From Squalus acanthias (lineage: Eukaryota), in contig CM059438.1 in assembly GCA_030390025.1 (NCBI GenBank), positions 63,242,001-63,306,000 on the forward strand: a DNA stretch of 64,000 nt. Reading direction: 5' to 3'. Below, piece by piece: positions 36,308 to 48,346 of the stretch (positions are counted from its first letter, which is position 1; each line of letters begins with the position of its first letter). Under the pieces are notes generated by a model that worked only from the letters and a program-made list of their open reading frames with translations, was not told the origin of the DNA and did no database searches. The position numbers and the translations under genes were made by a program.

Positions 36308-36903
36308 TTGATTGGCACCCCATCGACCACCTTAAACATTCACTCCCTCCACCACCAGCGTACCGTGGCTGCAGTGTGTACCATCTACAAGATGCACTGC
36401 AGCAACTCGTCAAGGCTTCTTCGGCAGCACCTCCCAAACCCGCGACCTCTTCCACTTAGAAGGACAAGGGCAGCAGGCGCATGGGAACACCATCACCTCC
36501 AAATTTCCCCTTCAAGTCACACACCATCCTGACTTAGAAGCATATTGCCGATACTTCATCGTCGCTGGGTCAAAATCCTGGAACACCCTCCCTAACAGCA
36601 CTGTGGGAGTACCTTCACCACACGGACTGCAGCGGTTCAAGAAGGTGGCTCACCACCACCTTCTCAAGGGCAATTAGGGTTAGGCAATAAATGCTGGCCT
36701 TGCCAGCGATGCCCACATCTCATAAAAACAAATTTAAAAAATAGATAAGTAGTTTTAGGAATAGGAAAATACCACTTGGTCAAAAAAACTCATTTTATGT
36801 AAATCAACCACATCTTCCTACCAAATACTTCCATTCCCTCCTTCCAGTTATTGCACATTTAATTGTCCCATGAACCCATTTATATAATCTTTTTACGATT
36901 TGT
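36308..36903 (+). repeat. LINE L-A 3' end plus ~160 bp of flank; direct duplicate of 29376-29971
   Basis: Similarity continues past the LINE tail into ttttaggaataggaaaataccact...tatataatct. Confidence 0.9.
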
Positions 36904-37759
36904 AATGGTAAATGAGATGGAGCGACAATAGATCATTATGTTAAACTAGAAGAAAGTGTGCTATCACTGAGGAAGGAAGATATGACATAACAACTATTGA
37001 AGGAATGGAAATAACAGATGAAAGAAATTGGATAGATTGGCGATATTGATATTCAGGGTCACCATATTGCCGCTATTTCTGAGGAAGGGCATTGGAGCTC
37101 AATATTTTGATGGTCACCCTTAGCTCTCAGTAACTGCTCTTGCACCACTAAAAGTGATGGTGGGTTGGTGGGGGAGGGTAGAGTGGGACTGAGAGCAAAG
37201 AAGAGCTGCAAAGGGGCAAGAAGATGATGGCCTGATGAAGGACATCCTTATTTTGTGGCTGAATGGGCTTTTGTAGCATCTTGTCCCGAAGATTTATTTT
37301 GTGGTCTCTCACTTTAAACATCGATGATTTTTTTTTTAAAGCTTCTTTTTGCCAAAACAGCTGCAGTGAGAGATGCAGCAATTAGCCCAGCACATGTCAC
37401 TGCCCGACACATTCCTAAGGAGGAGGATTAATTGGGTTTGTCAAACCAGAAGAACTACTTTGCAAAAAAACAATGGTTAATAGGCAAATGGCAGTAATTA
37501 TTCCAATGTATTAGAGTGGATAATTGGGAAATTCCACTGTTGGTTATATAATAAACATTGTTTTTTACATTGCAATTACTGATCTCACGTGGCATTGCTC
37601 ACAAAATGTTCGCAACGACTCAGCTCCTGAATCTGGCACTCATGACTTGCTTAGTATGCGATCTCGCCCTCCCGTGAGCTGGCACCTGTGGAGAGCGATC
37701 CCCCAGCCCTAGCTCCTGCACACTTGTGCCGATGATTCGCCACATGAAGTCACCTCGCT

Positions 37760-38445
37760 AGCCTAGCCTATCACGGCCATGGTTAGCGCATTTCCTTCCA
37801 TGGTGCAAAGGGTGTGTAGGCAGGTGCAGTCTCCTGGCATGACCTTTTCCTGCAAGAAAGGAATGTGTTAGTGACAGGTTTGTGAAATGTTTAGAGAATG
37901 TACCTGTCATGGGGAATAGTTGGTAGGCAGTGCTTAAGATGTGAGGGTTGTAATAGTGGTGAATGTGAGGAGAAGGAGGTGGAGTAAAGTGTGGTGCTGT
38001 GATTGTAGGAGAGTGAAGGGAAGTGGGAGAAGGAACATAAGTAGGAGCAGGAGTAGGCCATACGACCCTTCGGGCCTGCTCCGCCATTCAATAGGATCAT
38101 GGCTGATCCGAACCTAGACTCACGTCCACTTCCCTGCCCGCTCCCCATAACGTTGTGTGTAGTGAGGCTGGAGGTGTCCACAGCGAGTAAGAATGCAATA
38201 TTCTTAACTTTACAACTCTGGTGAGCTCATTGAACTTCTTTCAGCATTGCAGCCATGTCCTGGGTGCTCAGCTCCTGGCATTGACCACCTCAGTGACTTC
38301 CCACTGGCAGCAGAGGTATTGCCAGGAGGGTTTCTGCCCCCTGGGGTGGAAGAGGACCTCCCTCCTCTTGTCCACCGCCTGAACCAGAGCCTACAACGTG
38401 GGAGCAGAGAACTCGAGAGCCCTGTCTGAACCTCTTCCGGCCATC
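37760..38445 (-). pseudogene. Decayed Myb/SANT-like DNA-binding gene of a PIF/Harbinger transposon (two exon remnants, with a CR1 tail at ~38033-38150 in its intron)
   Basis: Manual minus-strand translation from ATG at 38445: MAGRGSDRALEFSAPTL*ALVQAVDKRREVLFHPRGR, frameshift, QWEVTEVVNARS*APRTWLQC*KKFNELTRVVK. This fits the Myb/SANT-like trihelix pattern. A cttgcag acceptor for the next exon lies near 37850. Confidence 0.7.
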
Positions 38446-38830
38446 TTCTACGATCTGGGATTGTAATAGATTTATAGTCCCTTTGGACTGGCTGTTCAAT
38501 AGTTTGAAGCTGACTCCATATTGGTAACAGTAATGATTTTTATTTAAGCATAAGTGAGACTAAATATACACAGTATTTGAGCAGCAGTTTACAAAGAACA
38601 ACTGAGGAGTACATTACTCCGTTGATCCTTGAGAAGAAGGCATGGTCTATTCCTCGTACTCCTACTCACATACGCTTGTACACCTGTCTCAAACCCCCGA
38701 GGATCTCCCCCAAAAACCAGAACTGCAGAAAAATCCATCCAATCATGTATCTTCCATATCTCCTATTCTGCCCAACCATGGGTTCAGGCACATATATGTC
38801 CAGACCCAGGCTACTGTCTTGTAACTCCTT

Positions 38831-40008
38831 GGGCTAGAAATTGGGCACCTTAGCGCCTCCCGTTATCGCCTCCGGGGGGCGATAACGGGGCGCTAATCAC
38901 TTACCGACCGGGCGCAGCGAGAAGATCGACTCCTGCTATATTTAATGGGAGGTTTGCGACGGTGGTGTGGCGTTGCGCCCCGATCTCCTTTTGCCCGGAG
39001 ATCGTGATGTCATCGCTGTGCGCATCGCCCCGGTAGCGCCCTGGACCCGAACTTCGGGCAAAAACACCGGCAGCTGCAGGAGGCGTTCACCAGGAGGCCG
39101 GGCGCTTCGGAGGCGATACTTAAAGCCGAGGTAGCCAAGGTAAGTGGAAAGAAAATCTCAAATGCTCTTTCTGGTTTTTTCTCAGTTTTCTTCGCCAGCG
39201 ATCGATCAGCCCGGCACTCTGCTGCCGTTGATCGGGCCGGATCGCGGCTGCTGTCAGGGACCAGGTAAGTTTTGCCCTTGCAGAGCCTGCAGCGATGACC
39301 CTTCCCTTTAAGGGAGGGAAGGAGCCTTCCAACGTGGCAGCGCTGCCCATTGTGCAGCGCTGTTTACCTACCGCCCTGCCTGCTGCCTGTTGCGCTCAGC
39401 TGTGGCTCAGTGGGTCGCACACTCGCCTCTGAGTCAGAAGGTTGTGGGTTCAAGTCCCACTCCAGAGACTTGAGCACATAAAGCTAGGCTGACACTCCAG
39501 TGCGGTGCTGAGGGAGGGCTGCACTGTCGGAGGTGCCGTCTTTCAGATGAGACGTTAAACCGAGGCCCCGTCTGTTCTCTCAGGTGGATGTAAAAGATTC
39601 CAAGGCACTATTTCAAAGAAGAGCAGGGGAGTTATCCCCGGTGTCCTGGCCAATATTTATCCCTCAATCAACATAACAAAAACAGATTATCTGGTCATCA
39701 TCACATTGCTGTTTGTGGGAGCTTGCTGTGCACAAATTGGCTGCTGCGTTTCCCACATTACAGCAGTGACTACACTCCAAAAGTACTTCATTGGCTGTAA
39801 AGTGCTTTGCGATGTCCAGTGGTCGTGAAAGGCGCTATAGAAATGTAAGTCTTTCAGGAAGGAAGTGGAGTGCTTGATTTCGCACTCCACTTCCTTCCTG
39901 GAGTGCAAAACTGAATTTTTTTAAATTGAAAAACATTAGCGCCTGCCGCTAATTTTTTCAACTTTTAAAAGTTAGCACCCCAAATGGGACTATAAGAATT
40001 TTTCTCCC
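38831..40008 (+). mobile_element. MITE related to family A (family C), with a nested SINE
   Basis: GGGCTAGAAATT...AATTTTTCTCCC termini, CTT TSD, and the same type of subterminal hairpin (cgcctcccgttatcgcc...ggcgataacggggcg). Confidence 0.8.
39395..39855 (+). mobile_element. Full-length tRNA-derived Deu-type SINE (SacSINE1-like)
   Basis: A box TGGCTCAGTGG, B box GGTTCAAGTCC, central conserved domain, L2-like tail aaaggcgctatagaaatgtaagtcttt. Confidence 0.9.
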
Positions 40009-40456
40009 CTTATCTTTGATTTTAGCCTCTCTACACGCTTTCCTTGTTCATCCGTTAATGGAGGCCTTGAAGCTAATGACCATTCTAAACACTAGATTCC
40101 TAGCTTGATATTGGCTTTCCATAATAGTAGCAAAAGAGTGAGTATATTCGTGGCCTTAACGAGTTTAATACTAAAAATGCATCTAGCAAGGCCTGAAGCT
40201 TATAACAGCATGATTATAGTTTGATGATTTACTAATAATAAAAGAGCCCTCTTAAGTAAGTATGGTCAGGGCTGTAACAGTCAAGATAGCAAGTTTCATA
40301 TCTCGAAGCTCCTCCTCTGGTATGCACCAACAGGATACTCCCAACTGTTAGTCATCCTGCACCTGCCATCTATGACTAACCATCTAGAAAGGCATATGTA
40401 TGATTTAAGCAAAACACGTCCATCCCATAATGCCTCAAAAGCTCTTTTAAACCCTT

Positions 40457-41332
40457 GGGGGGAAAAATTCAGTTGGTTGCGCCTCCCGTTAGCGCCTTAA
40501 GAGGGCGCTAATGGGGCGCAAAGCATCTAGTGCCCGGGCGCGGCGAAGTTTGCGCCGCTCGCGAAATTAACTAGACATTTTGCGGCGGCGCTAAACACTA
40601 CCGCCACGATCTCCTGCGCTGGCAGATCATGACGTCACTCGAGTGTGCAATGCCCCGGTATCGCCCCGGAGCGGATATTGAGTGCCGCCCCCTGCCTTAC
40701 CGCCTGACGCTAGCAACGACAGGTTGAGGGGAGCGTTCTGCAGTCATGAAGGGAAAGGGGGAGCGCTATTTAAAGGTGACCGCTTCCTGCCTTTTATTGT
40801 TGGTGCCATTTTTGAACTACGCATTCTGAGAGAGAGAGGGAGAGACTTCTGGAGAGATTCAACGTTGTGTGAAGGAGTTTTGGGTACTGAGCAGCACTTT
40901 GCAGGTTCATTTTGATTTTCCATTCCTTGTATTGATTTAGCAGAAACTGTGGGGGCTGCACTCTGAGCTCTTTGCCTGGTACTCTCAATTGTTCTTTCCA
41001 GCACATTTGATGTGCAAGTCTCTCCAGGCCAAGATTCAAGGCTGCAATGAGTAGGATGTGGATGGAAAGCAAGATTAACCATCCCCTTTAAGAACTGGCC
41101 CGTGCCATTGTGTGTGTGTTCCATTGCTGACTGACATTACATGAGCTTTGCCAGCGCTCTGAGTTAGCGCCTCACTCCTCAGCCTTTGCGCCTTAAGACA
41201 GGTGTGCAGTGCCTGATTTAGCGCTCCACTCACCTCCCGGGGCGTTAAAAGTGAAGTTTCCAGTCAGTGGCGATAATTAGCGCCAGGCGCTAATTTTTGC
41301 GCCCGGACGATATTTGCGCCGAATTTTTCCCC
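40457..41332 (+). mobile_element. MITE family A, copy 3
   Basis: Colinear with copy 1; TIRs present; CTT TSD. Confidence 0.9.
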
Positions 41333-41609
41333 CTTATTCTCTTACAGGAAGTTTTGCTGTTGTCTGCAGCCAGAGTGCACCTCCCCTTTTAAGTGGTATT
41401 GGCTGCCTATAAGTGTCCTCAGACATCCGATTTCCCACCCCCCGCCCCCAAACAGGCATGCAGCCAATGAATAGCGTGGGTCGCGCTGGCTGCACGCCTG
41501 AACCATTTTAATGAGGTCCCAGCACGAATTTAGCGTGGTGCCTGGGACCATGTCAACCCCCTCTGCAATCGAGTCTCTCGGCTGGTGGCTTCTCAGGCAA
41601 CCTTAGGCG

Positions 41610-41780
41610 GGGGGGTGAAACTGGTCTTGGGCGGTAGTGCCAAACGGGCGATAGCGAATCAGCTGCACCGTTTACAGCCTGCCTGATTTTCTTTTCCATT
41701 GAGGTCAATCCAGCTGGCCGTAAAATGAGCTGCCAATTCCACTGTCACCCGTTTGGCACCGCTACCTAAGACCAATTTCT
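41610..41780. mobile_element. Short palindromic MITE (~170 bp)
   Basis: Long imperfect inverted arms gaaactggtcttgggcggtagtgccaaacggg / cccgtttggcaccgctacctaagaccaatttc. Confidence 0.75.
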
Positions 41781-42029
41781 AATGTTTGCGATTGTTTTGA
41801 AACTGGTTGAGAACAATGAATGTTGATAAACTAATTCAGCAAAGGGGAGAGGGAGAGTTATGGGATCTGCCATGGAGTTACTACCAATCCCAACAATTAT
41901 GAAGAAACTGAATAGGAATAGCGCCATTTATATTGGGTTAAATAATTGCTCCCTTCATATCTTATTAATAGCATATAAAATGGCGACTATCAGCATGCAA
42001 ATTGGTCCAAAACTGACAGCTATTTTTTA

Positions 42030-43612
42030 CATAGAATTTACAGCACAGAAACAGGCCATTTGGCCCAACTGGTCTATGCCGGGGTTTATGCTCCACACGA
42101 GCCTCCCCCAACATCACTTCATCTCACCTTATCAGCATATCCTTCTATTCCTTTCTCCCTCATGTACTTATCTAGCTTCCCCTTATTTTACACACTGTTT
42201 AATGAAGACACCTAAAATTATCATGGCAGATTGTTATTGCATATCACATTCTAATTGGAGCTCTGAAAGAAAATTGCTGTTTACATAAGGCACATGGGAA
42301 CAGGAGTAGGTCACTTAGCCCCTCGAGCCTGTTCCGCCATTCAATGAGATCATGGCTGATCTGTGACCTAACTCCATATACCCGCCTTTGCCCCATATCC
42401 CGTAATACCTTTGGTTAACAAAAATCTATCAATCTCAGATTTAAAATTAACAATTGACCCTGCATGAACTGCCATTTGCGGAAAAGAGTTCCAAACTTCT
42501 GCCACCCTTTGTGTGTAGAAGTGTTTCCTAATTTCACTCTTGAAAGGTCTGGCTCTAATTTTTAGACTATGCCCCCTAGTCCTAGACTCCCCAACCAGCA
42601 GAATTGGTTTCTCTCTATCTACCCTATCTGTTCCCCTTAATATCTTGACAACTTCGATCAAATCACCCCTTAAACTTCTAAATTCCAGGGAATACAACCC
42701 GAGTTTGTGTAATAATCTCTCGTAATTTAACTGGGGAGTTAAGGGTTATGGGGAACAGGCAGGAGAGTGGAGTTGAGGCCAAGATCAGATCAGCCATGAT
42801 CTTATTGAATGGCGGAGCAGGCTCCTGCTCCTATTTCTTATGTTCTTAACCCTTGGAGTCGGGTATCATTCTGGTAAATCTGCGCTGTACTCCCTCCAAG
42901 GCCAATATATCCTTCCTAAGGTGTGGTGCCCAGAACTGCTCACAATACTCCAGGTGTGGTCTAACCAGTGTAGCTGTAGCATAACTTCTACCCCCTTGTA
43001 TTCTAGTGCTCTAGATATAAAGGCCAGCATTCCATTAGCCTTTTTGAACCAAACCGGTTTTATTTAAAAACATCTCTGTTGCAAAACTGAGATCTTGTTC
43101 AGTCTCTGACCATTAATGCTGCTGGTGAATTCCTGACTCTATAAACTGGTTTCACCACATTGCATACAGGTTTTTTTTTAAAAAGCTTGGGGTGGAATCG
43201 TCTGCTTTCCTCCCACCATTTTTCTTCTGGCTATGGTGTGGTTTCAAAACTACTGAGAAGATGCTGCCAGTCTCTGGAAGAGTTACACCACCAAGCACAA
43301 GCCCTGGATACTGTGAACAGGGTGCGAACTGTGGTTTATTTTCGGATGGACGAAGCAGGGTGGGCTTTCCTCATCTGGCTCCCTTTGTGATCCGGTTTGT
43401 TTTCCCATAAGTCTTCCCTTCCTCCTACAATCTACATCAGAGAATCATTGGTTCTTACAGCAGAAGGAAGCCATTCGGCCCATCGTGCCTGTGCCGGCTC
43501 TTTGAAAGAGCTATCCAATCAGTCCCACTCACCTGCTTTTTCCCCATAGCCCTGGTATTTATCCAATTCCCTTTTGAAAGTTACTATTGAATCTGCTTCC
43601 ACCACTCTTTCA
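42030..43612 (-). mobile_element. Cluster of CR1 3' fragments (42030-42185; 42288-43045 with an opposite-strand CR1 tail inserted at ~42733-42848; 43435-43612)
   Basis: YSLEFRSLRGDLIEVVK ORF and CR1 3' UTR motifs. Confidence 0.85.
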
Positions 43613-43924
43613 GTGGGAACATCCTTTAAAAACCTAAGCTTAGCATTGTCTTTCTACTAGTTGTTGATTTGTCTGGTTTCTTTTCCAATCATCACGGTGC
43701 CCTACATGATAGGACAATTCTTCTAGGCACTTTGCTAACATTAAAATTGAACTGGTATTGAGACCCCACTGAGCTACGCTTGAATCAGAGGAGGGTGCAC
43801 AGCTCACAGTATAACTCAGGACTGCTAGCTCCATTTCACTTGAAGCAGGTAGCTGTATCAAATTAAACCTCATCCAAATGACAGTCTCTGACATTGCAGC
43901 CCTCTCTCGGTAAGATCTTCCCTC

Positions 43925-44170
43925 AGGAAGAGCAGGGGAGTTCTCCCCGGTGCCCTGGCCAATATTTATCCCTCAGCCATCATCACTAAAACAGATTATC
44001 TGGCCATTTATCTCATTGCTGTTTGTGGGTCCTTGCTGCGTGCAAATTGGCTGCCACGTTTCACTACATTATAACAGTGACTACACTTCAAAAGTACTTA
44101 ATTCACTGTAAAGTGCTTTGGGACGTCTTGAGGTTATGAAAGGTGCTATATAAATGTAAGTTATTTCTTT
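43925..44170 (+). mobile_element. Deu-type SINE, 3' half
   Basis: Matches 39615-39855. Confidence 0.85.
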
Positions 44171-44906
44171 ACTGCACTGGAGTGGGGCTTGACACCTCAA
44201 GCATTGGACTCCCGAGGCCAGAGTGTGATCATAAACGCCAACTAACATTTGCTGCAAATGCTGCTTCTATAACAAGCTCTTAAATTGTTCTAAAAAGTAC
44301 AAAGGTGGTTAAACATCATGGGATTAAAACCACTTTGTAAATTCAAGCACAGTTGAAACTGAAACTACCCTTTAGTGTTTGAGGGCAGGAGTTGGAGTTA
44401 AAAATTTGAACTAACCCTGTGAGAAATGGCTTATGCTATTTTACTGGGTCAGTACTTGGCCTTCATCATTTTTTAATCCAACTCTGCACAAAGCAACTTC
44501 TCAGAATGGCGGCCAAGACCCTCGAGGAAGAGGCTGCTCGAGTGACACTGGGTTAATTTTTAACAGGACATTGCCCTCGTATGAGCTGCTTTACAAATAA
44601 TACCAAATAATCATGGCTGATTGGAACGCCACCACGGTCTGGTGGGATGGAAGTTTGACTCCTTCCCTGATGCTGCTGGATTGACAATCTTGCTCCTGGG
44701 CTGCGGCAAATCACCTGCACACAAGGCAGGGAAAAAAAAACAGATCACTCATAGTGACAGCCCCCCCTTCCACTTGCCTGCCCTCATATACCAACTCATA
44801 CTAAAGGTATACGCTTGGGCGCAAGTTGTCCGCAAGTTCTCCTTGGCAGACATCCTACACGGTTAGGGAAGACAAAAGGAAAACAAATTACAGGGCAACA
44901 TCCTCT

Positions 44907-45222
44907 CAAAAATATTCAGTCAACTTGGTATTGCTTTAAACATAATTGCAAGTATGTATGTGTATGTGTGTGTATATAAAACACACTAAACATATATTAT
45001 ATAAAAACACTAGGAGAAATTTTAAAAATATTCAGTCAACTTGGTATTGTTTTAAACATATATGTGCGTACACATACATGTAAGACACACTAAACAAATA
45101 TATACATGCTAAATCTTTATATTTTATATATATTATCATATTTAGAGGCATCGTTTCTTCAATAATATTCTGTCAACTTGGTTTACTTTAAACATAATTA
45201 TAAGTATGTATATGTATATAAA
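44907..45222. repeat. Three diverged tandem units (~116-137 bp) upstream of CLIC3
   Basis: Core aatattc(a/t)gtcaacttggt...tttaaacata at 44911, 45027 and 45164. Confidence 0.85.
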
Positions 45223-45663
45223 GTAATATTTGATCAGATTACACACCTACACAAACCTTGTGTTGAGCTCTATAAATAAATCATTCGGTAAATATAACAT
45301 GAAAGGTCACCACAATTTGGGAGGAGAGAAACTATGCGCTAATCCCTCCCACACCCTCTCAGTTTCTGGGTGGCAGTGTGGTACAAGCTGTACAGTAAGC
45401 AAGCAAAATCAAACCAAAACTTGGTGTATTTGATCCTGGAGAGCGGGAGATCGCGCTCCAGTTCTGGACTTTTAGACCGAAAGAGAAAGAGAAAGAGAGA
45501 GCAGGCTTCCTGAGCTTCTGCTCAAAGGCTCTTTCTCTGAACTTGCTGGGTGTGGTCCGAGAGAAGTGTTCAAGGAGCCAACCACGAAAGAGCGGGACTT
45601 ACTGTCAACCCCAGCTGCTGTGTTTGTGTAAGCACATCACAGGAGAAGCAGTGCAGGGAGAGA

Positions 45664-45699
45664 ATGGCCGAGGATCCCAAGATCGAGCTGTTCATTAAG
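45664..45699 (+). CDS. CLIC3: CLIC3 first coding exon: MAEDPKIELFIK
   Basis: ATG in good Kozak context (agaATGG), CLIC N-terminal IELF(V/I)K motif, AAG|gtaatg donor, phase 0. Confidence 0.9.
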
Positions 45700-46494
45700 G
45701 TAATGCTGGATCGCTACTGAGGGAAACATCCGTTTCTGAAAATATCGAAGTCTTAAATAAAATGTTATTTTAATGGTATTTTTTTTGCGCTAAATAATTT
45801 ATTTTAGCCCCATCCCCTGTTTAAACTTAAAATTGAAGTCTGTGGTAAAGATGGTGAAGTTTGAAAAGAGTAGGAATAATTAAACTAGCTCTGAACTGAT
45901 GTCAACTTTCTTTTGGTCGGCACTGATTCTAAAGCTGTCAATTTGTGCGCGCTGGTAGCGATTTTCTTCACTCTGAGATTTGGATTTTGAGAACAGCCAA
46001 AGATTCAAAGGCAGTGCCTGCCCATCAAAGCTCCAGCACCCCGGCTCTGTCTTTAGATATAGAGTACCTCAAGTTGCTACTACTTTTTTTTCCTAATATG
46101 CATGTTTTCAATTTGCATTTCCCTCATTTAAATGTAGGTCCTCTGCTCCCCTGTCTTAATTTGAAGTAATGCTCTCAGTTAATTTAATCTATACCATTTA
46201 GTATTTAGCTTGAAGAGGTTCCCGTCCTTAACTGCATTCTTTGTAAACAATATAGTGTGAGCTTCCTTCATTTTTCCTTATAGCCTTTCTTTAAGTTTGG
46301 AATCAGTGTTGTTGCTGCCTACTTGTTTTTTTTTACTTGCTCCACCACATAGTCTAAATGTTGAAAGATGTGCATTTAGCATTGTTCCCAAGACCCTTTC
46401 TCAGTCTCTGTCAATTTAGTCCCACTCATTCTTTGGTTAAGATGCACATTTACACTTTATTGTGTTTAATTTGTCATGTTTCTGCCCAGTCGCA

Positions 46495-46815
46495 TATCAC
46501 AGAATCACAGAATCCCCACAATGCAGATAGAGGCCATTTCGGCCCATCGAGCCTGCACCGACACATATCCCACCCTATCCCTGTAACCCCAAGTATTTAA
46601 TCCCCCCTAACACTAAGGGTCAATTTATCATAGCCAAATCAACCTAACCCACACATCTTTGGACTGTGGGAGGAAACCGGAGCACCCGGAGGAAACCCAC
46701 GCAGATACGGGGAGAATGTGCAAACTCCACACAGACAGTCACCCGAGGCTGGATTCAAACCCGGGTCCCTGGCGCTGTGAGGCAACAGTGCTAACCACTA
46801 TGCCACCGTGTTGCC
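46495..46815 (-). mobile_element. HE1-like V-SINE
   Basis: V-domain tgtgggaggaaaccggagcacccggaggaaacccacgcag, tRNA head at the right end, CR1-type tail at the left, ccagtc on both flanks. Confidence 0.9.
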
Positions 46816-47159
46816 CCAGTCTAATGTCTCCACTATTTTCCTTGTTTTAATAGTTTACACAAATTTATTGTGTTTGGTTTTGACACCTGTGCTAATATAT
46901 CGGTGTACAGATAAAATATATGGTTACAGGTTGGAATCTAATAGAGAGGTTCAGATGACTTTTATATGTAGAATAAATAATAGATCCTGGGACTAAGTTA
47001 CAGGCTGGACTTTAAACAGAATTTAGATAGGTTAGGTATAGAATAATGGATGTACAGGTCTGAGTTACAGGCTGGGATCTATCAAAAGGCTTTATTTGAC
47101 TGTAAAAGGGAAGCTTGCGTGGTTTTAGGATTAGATTGCTCTGCAAGATTTTTTAATTA

Positions 47160-47568
47160 CTCCCACTCTGATCTCTCTGTCCTCAGCCTCTTACATTGTT
47201 CCAATGAAGCTCAACGTAAGCTCGAGGAACAGCACCTCATCTTTCGATTAGACACTTTACAGCCTTCTGGACTCAACACTGAGTTCAACAATTTCAAACT
47301 ATAACCCCTGCTCCCATTTTTCATGCTGTATGATTTTGCCATCCCCATTTGCAACATTTTATCTTTCCTGCCTCTTACCTAAGCACAGTATGTTCCTTCA
47401 ATTCCTTCCTCCCCTCCCTGTCTCTGCACCTGCTTAAAATCTGTTACATCTCCAGCCTTTTCCAGTTCTGATGAAGGGTCCCAGACCTGAAACATTAACT
47501 CTGTTTCTCTCTCCACGGATGCTGCCTGGCCTGCTGAGTGTTTCCAGCATTTTCTGTTGTTATTTCTT
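47160..47568 (+). mobile_element. Penelope-like element 3' fragment with hammerhead motif
   Basis: GIY-YIG C-terminal peptide RKLEEQHLIFRLDTLQPSGLNTEF, then CTGATGA...GAAAC at 47468-47493. Confidence 0.85.
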
Positions 47569-47819
47569 AATTACATGCACTGTTCATTTTATGAGTGATA
47601 TTTAATGCCAGCACCATCTGTTCAGAGAGTGACTGTCGGTGTGCCTCCTGCTGTTTACACCTGATACTATGCACACTGAAAAATTAATGCCATCATTATT
47701 GTAAGCTTATTGAGAAATAACTATTGATTCCTGAGAAATTCTGCAATCCATACGGTTTACAAGATGGACATTGCTCTCCTCAAGGTGTCAAGTTGTCAAT
47801 GAAATGCAGCAAAGTGTCT

Positions 47820-48232
47820 TATGGAGTTTAGAAGAATGAGAGGGGATCTTATTGAAACGTATAAGATTCTGAAGGGGCTTGACAGGGTAGATGCAGAGAG
47901 GATGTTTCCCCTCGTGGGGGAATCTAGAACTAGGGGGCATAATTTTAGAATAAGGGGGCACCCTTTTAAATTGGAAATGAGGAGGAATTTCTTCTCTCAG
48001 AGGGTCGGGAATCTTTGGAATTCTCTTCCCCAGAGAGCTGTGGAGGCTGGGTCATGGAATATATTTAAGGTGGAGATAGACAGATTTTTGAAAGGTAAGG
48101 GAGTCAAGGGTTATGGGGAGTGGGCAGGGAAGTGGAGTTGAGGCCAAGATCAGATCAGCCATGATCTTATTGAATGGCGGAGCAGGCTCGAGGGGCCAAA
48201 TGACCTACTCTTGCTCCTACTTCTTATGTCTT
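47820..48232 (+). mobile_element. CR1 3' fragment
   Basis: EFRRMRGDLIETYKILKG...WS* plus CR1 3' UTR. Confidence 0.9.
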
Positions 48233-48346
48233 AAGTGCAATCTCCCTCCCATTATTGGGTTACAATTGCAAAGACAACAAGCACCAGAAATAAAGGGAGA
48301 GCAGATTTACCTTCAAAAAAATGCGATCAGAATAAAATATCTTAGA

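Larger units (their letters stand above)
38462..41346 (-). mobile_element. Probable solo LTR (~830 bp net) interrupted by two MITEs
   Basis: Termini TGTAATAGA...TCTCTTACA (8/9 inverted match), flanks GGAT/GGAA, minus-strand AATAAA near 38540. Confidence 0.6.

Noticed and set aside
39395..39470. tRNA genes (also at 26565-26655, 46750-46815, 56205-56280)
   Set aside because: The A and B boxes belong to SINE or LINE heads that run on into repeat bodies. I could not fold a complete cloverleaf with an acceptor stem.
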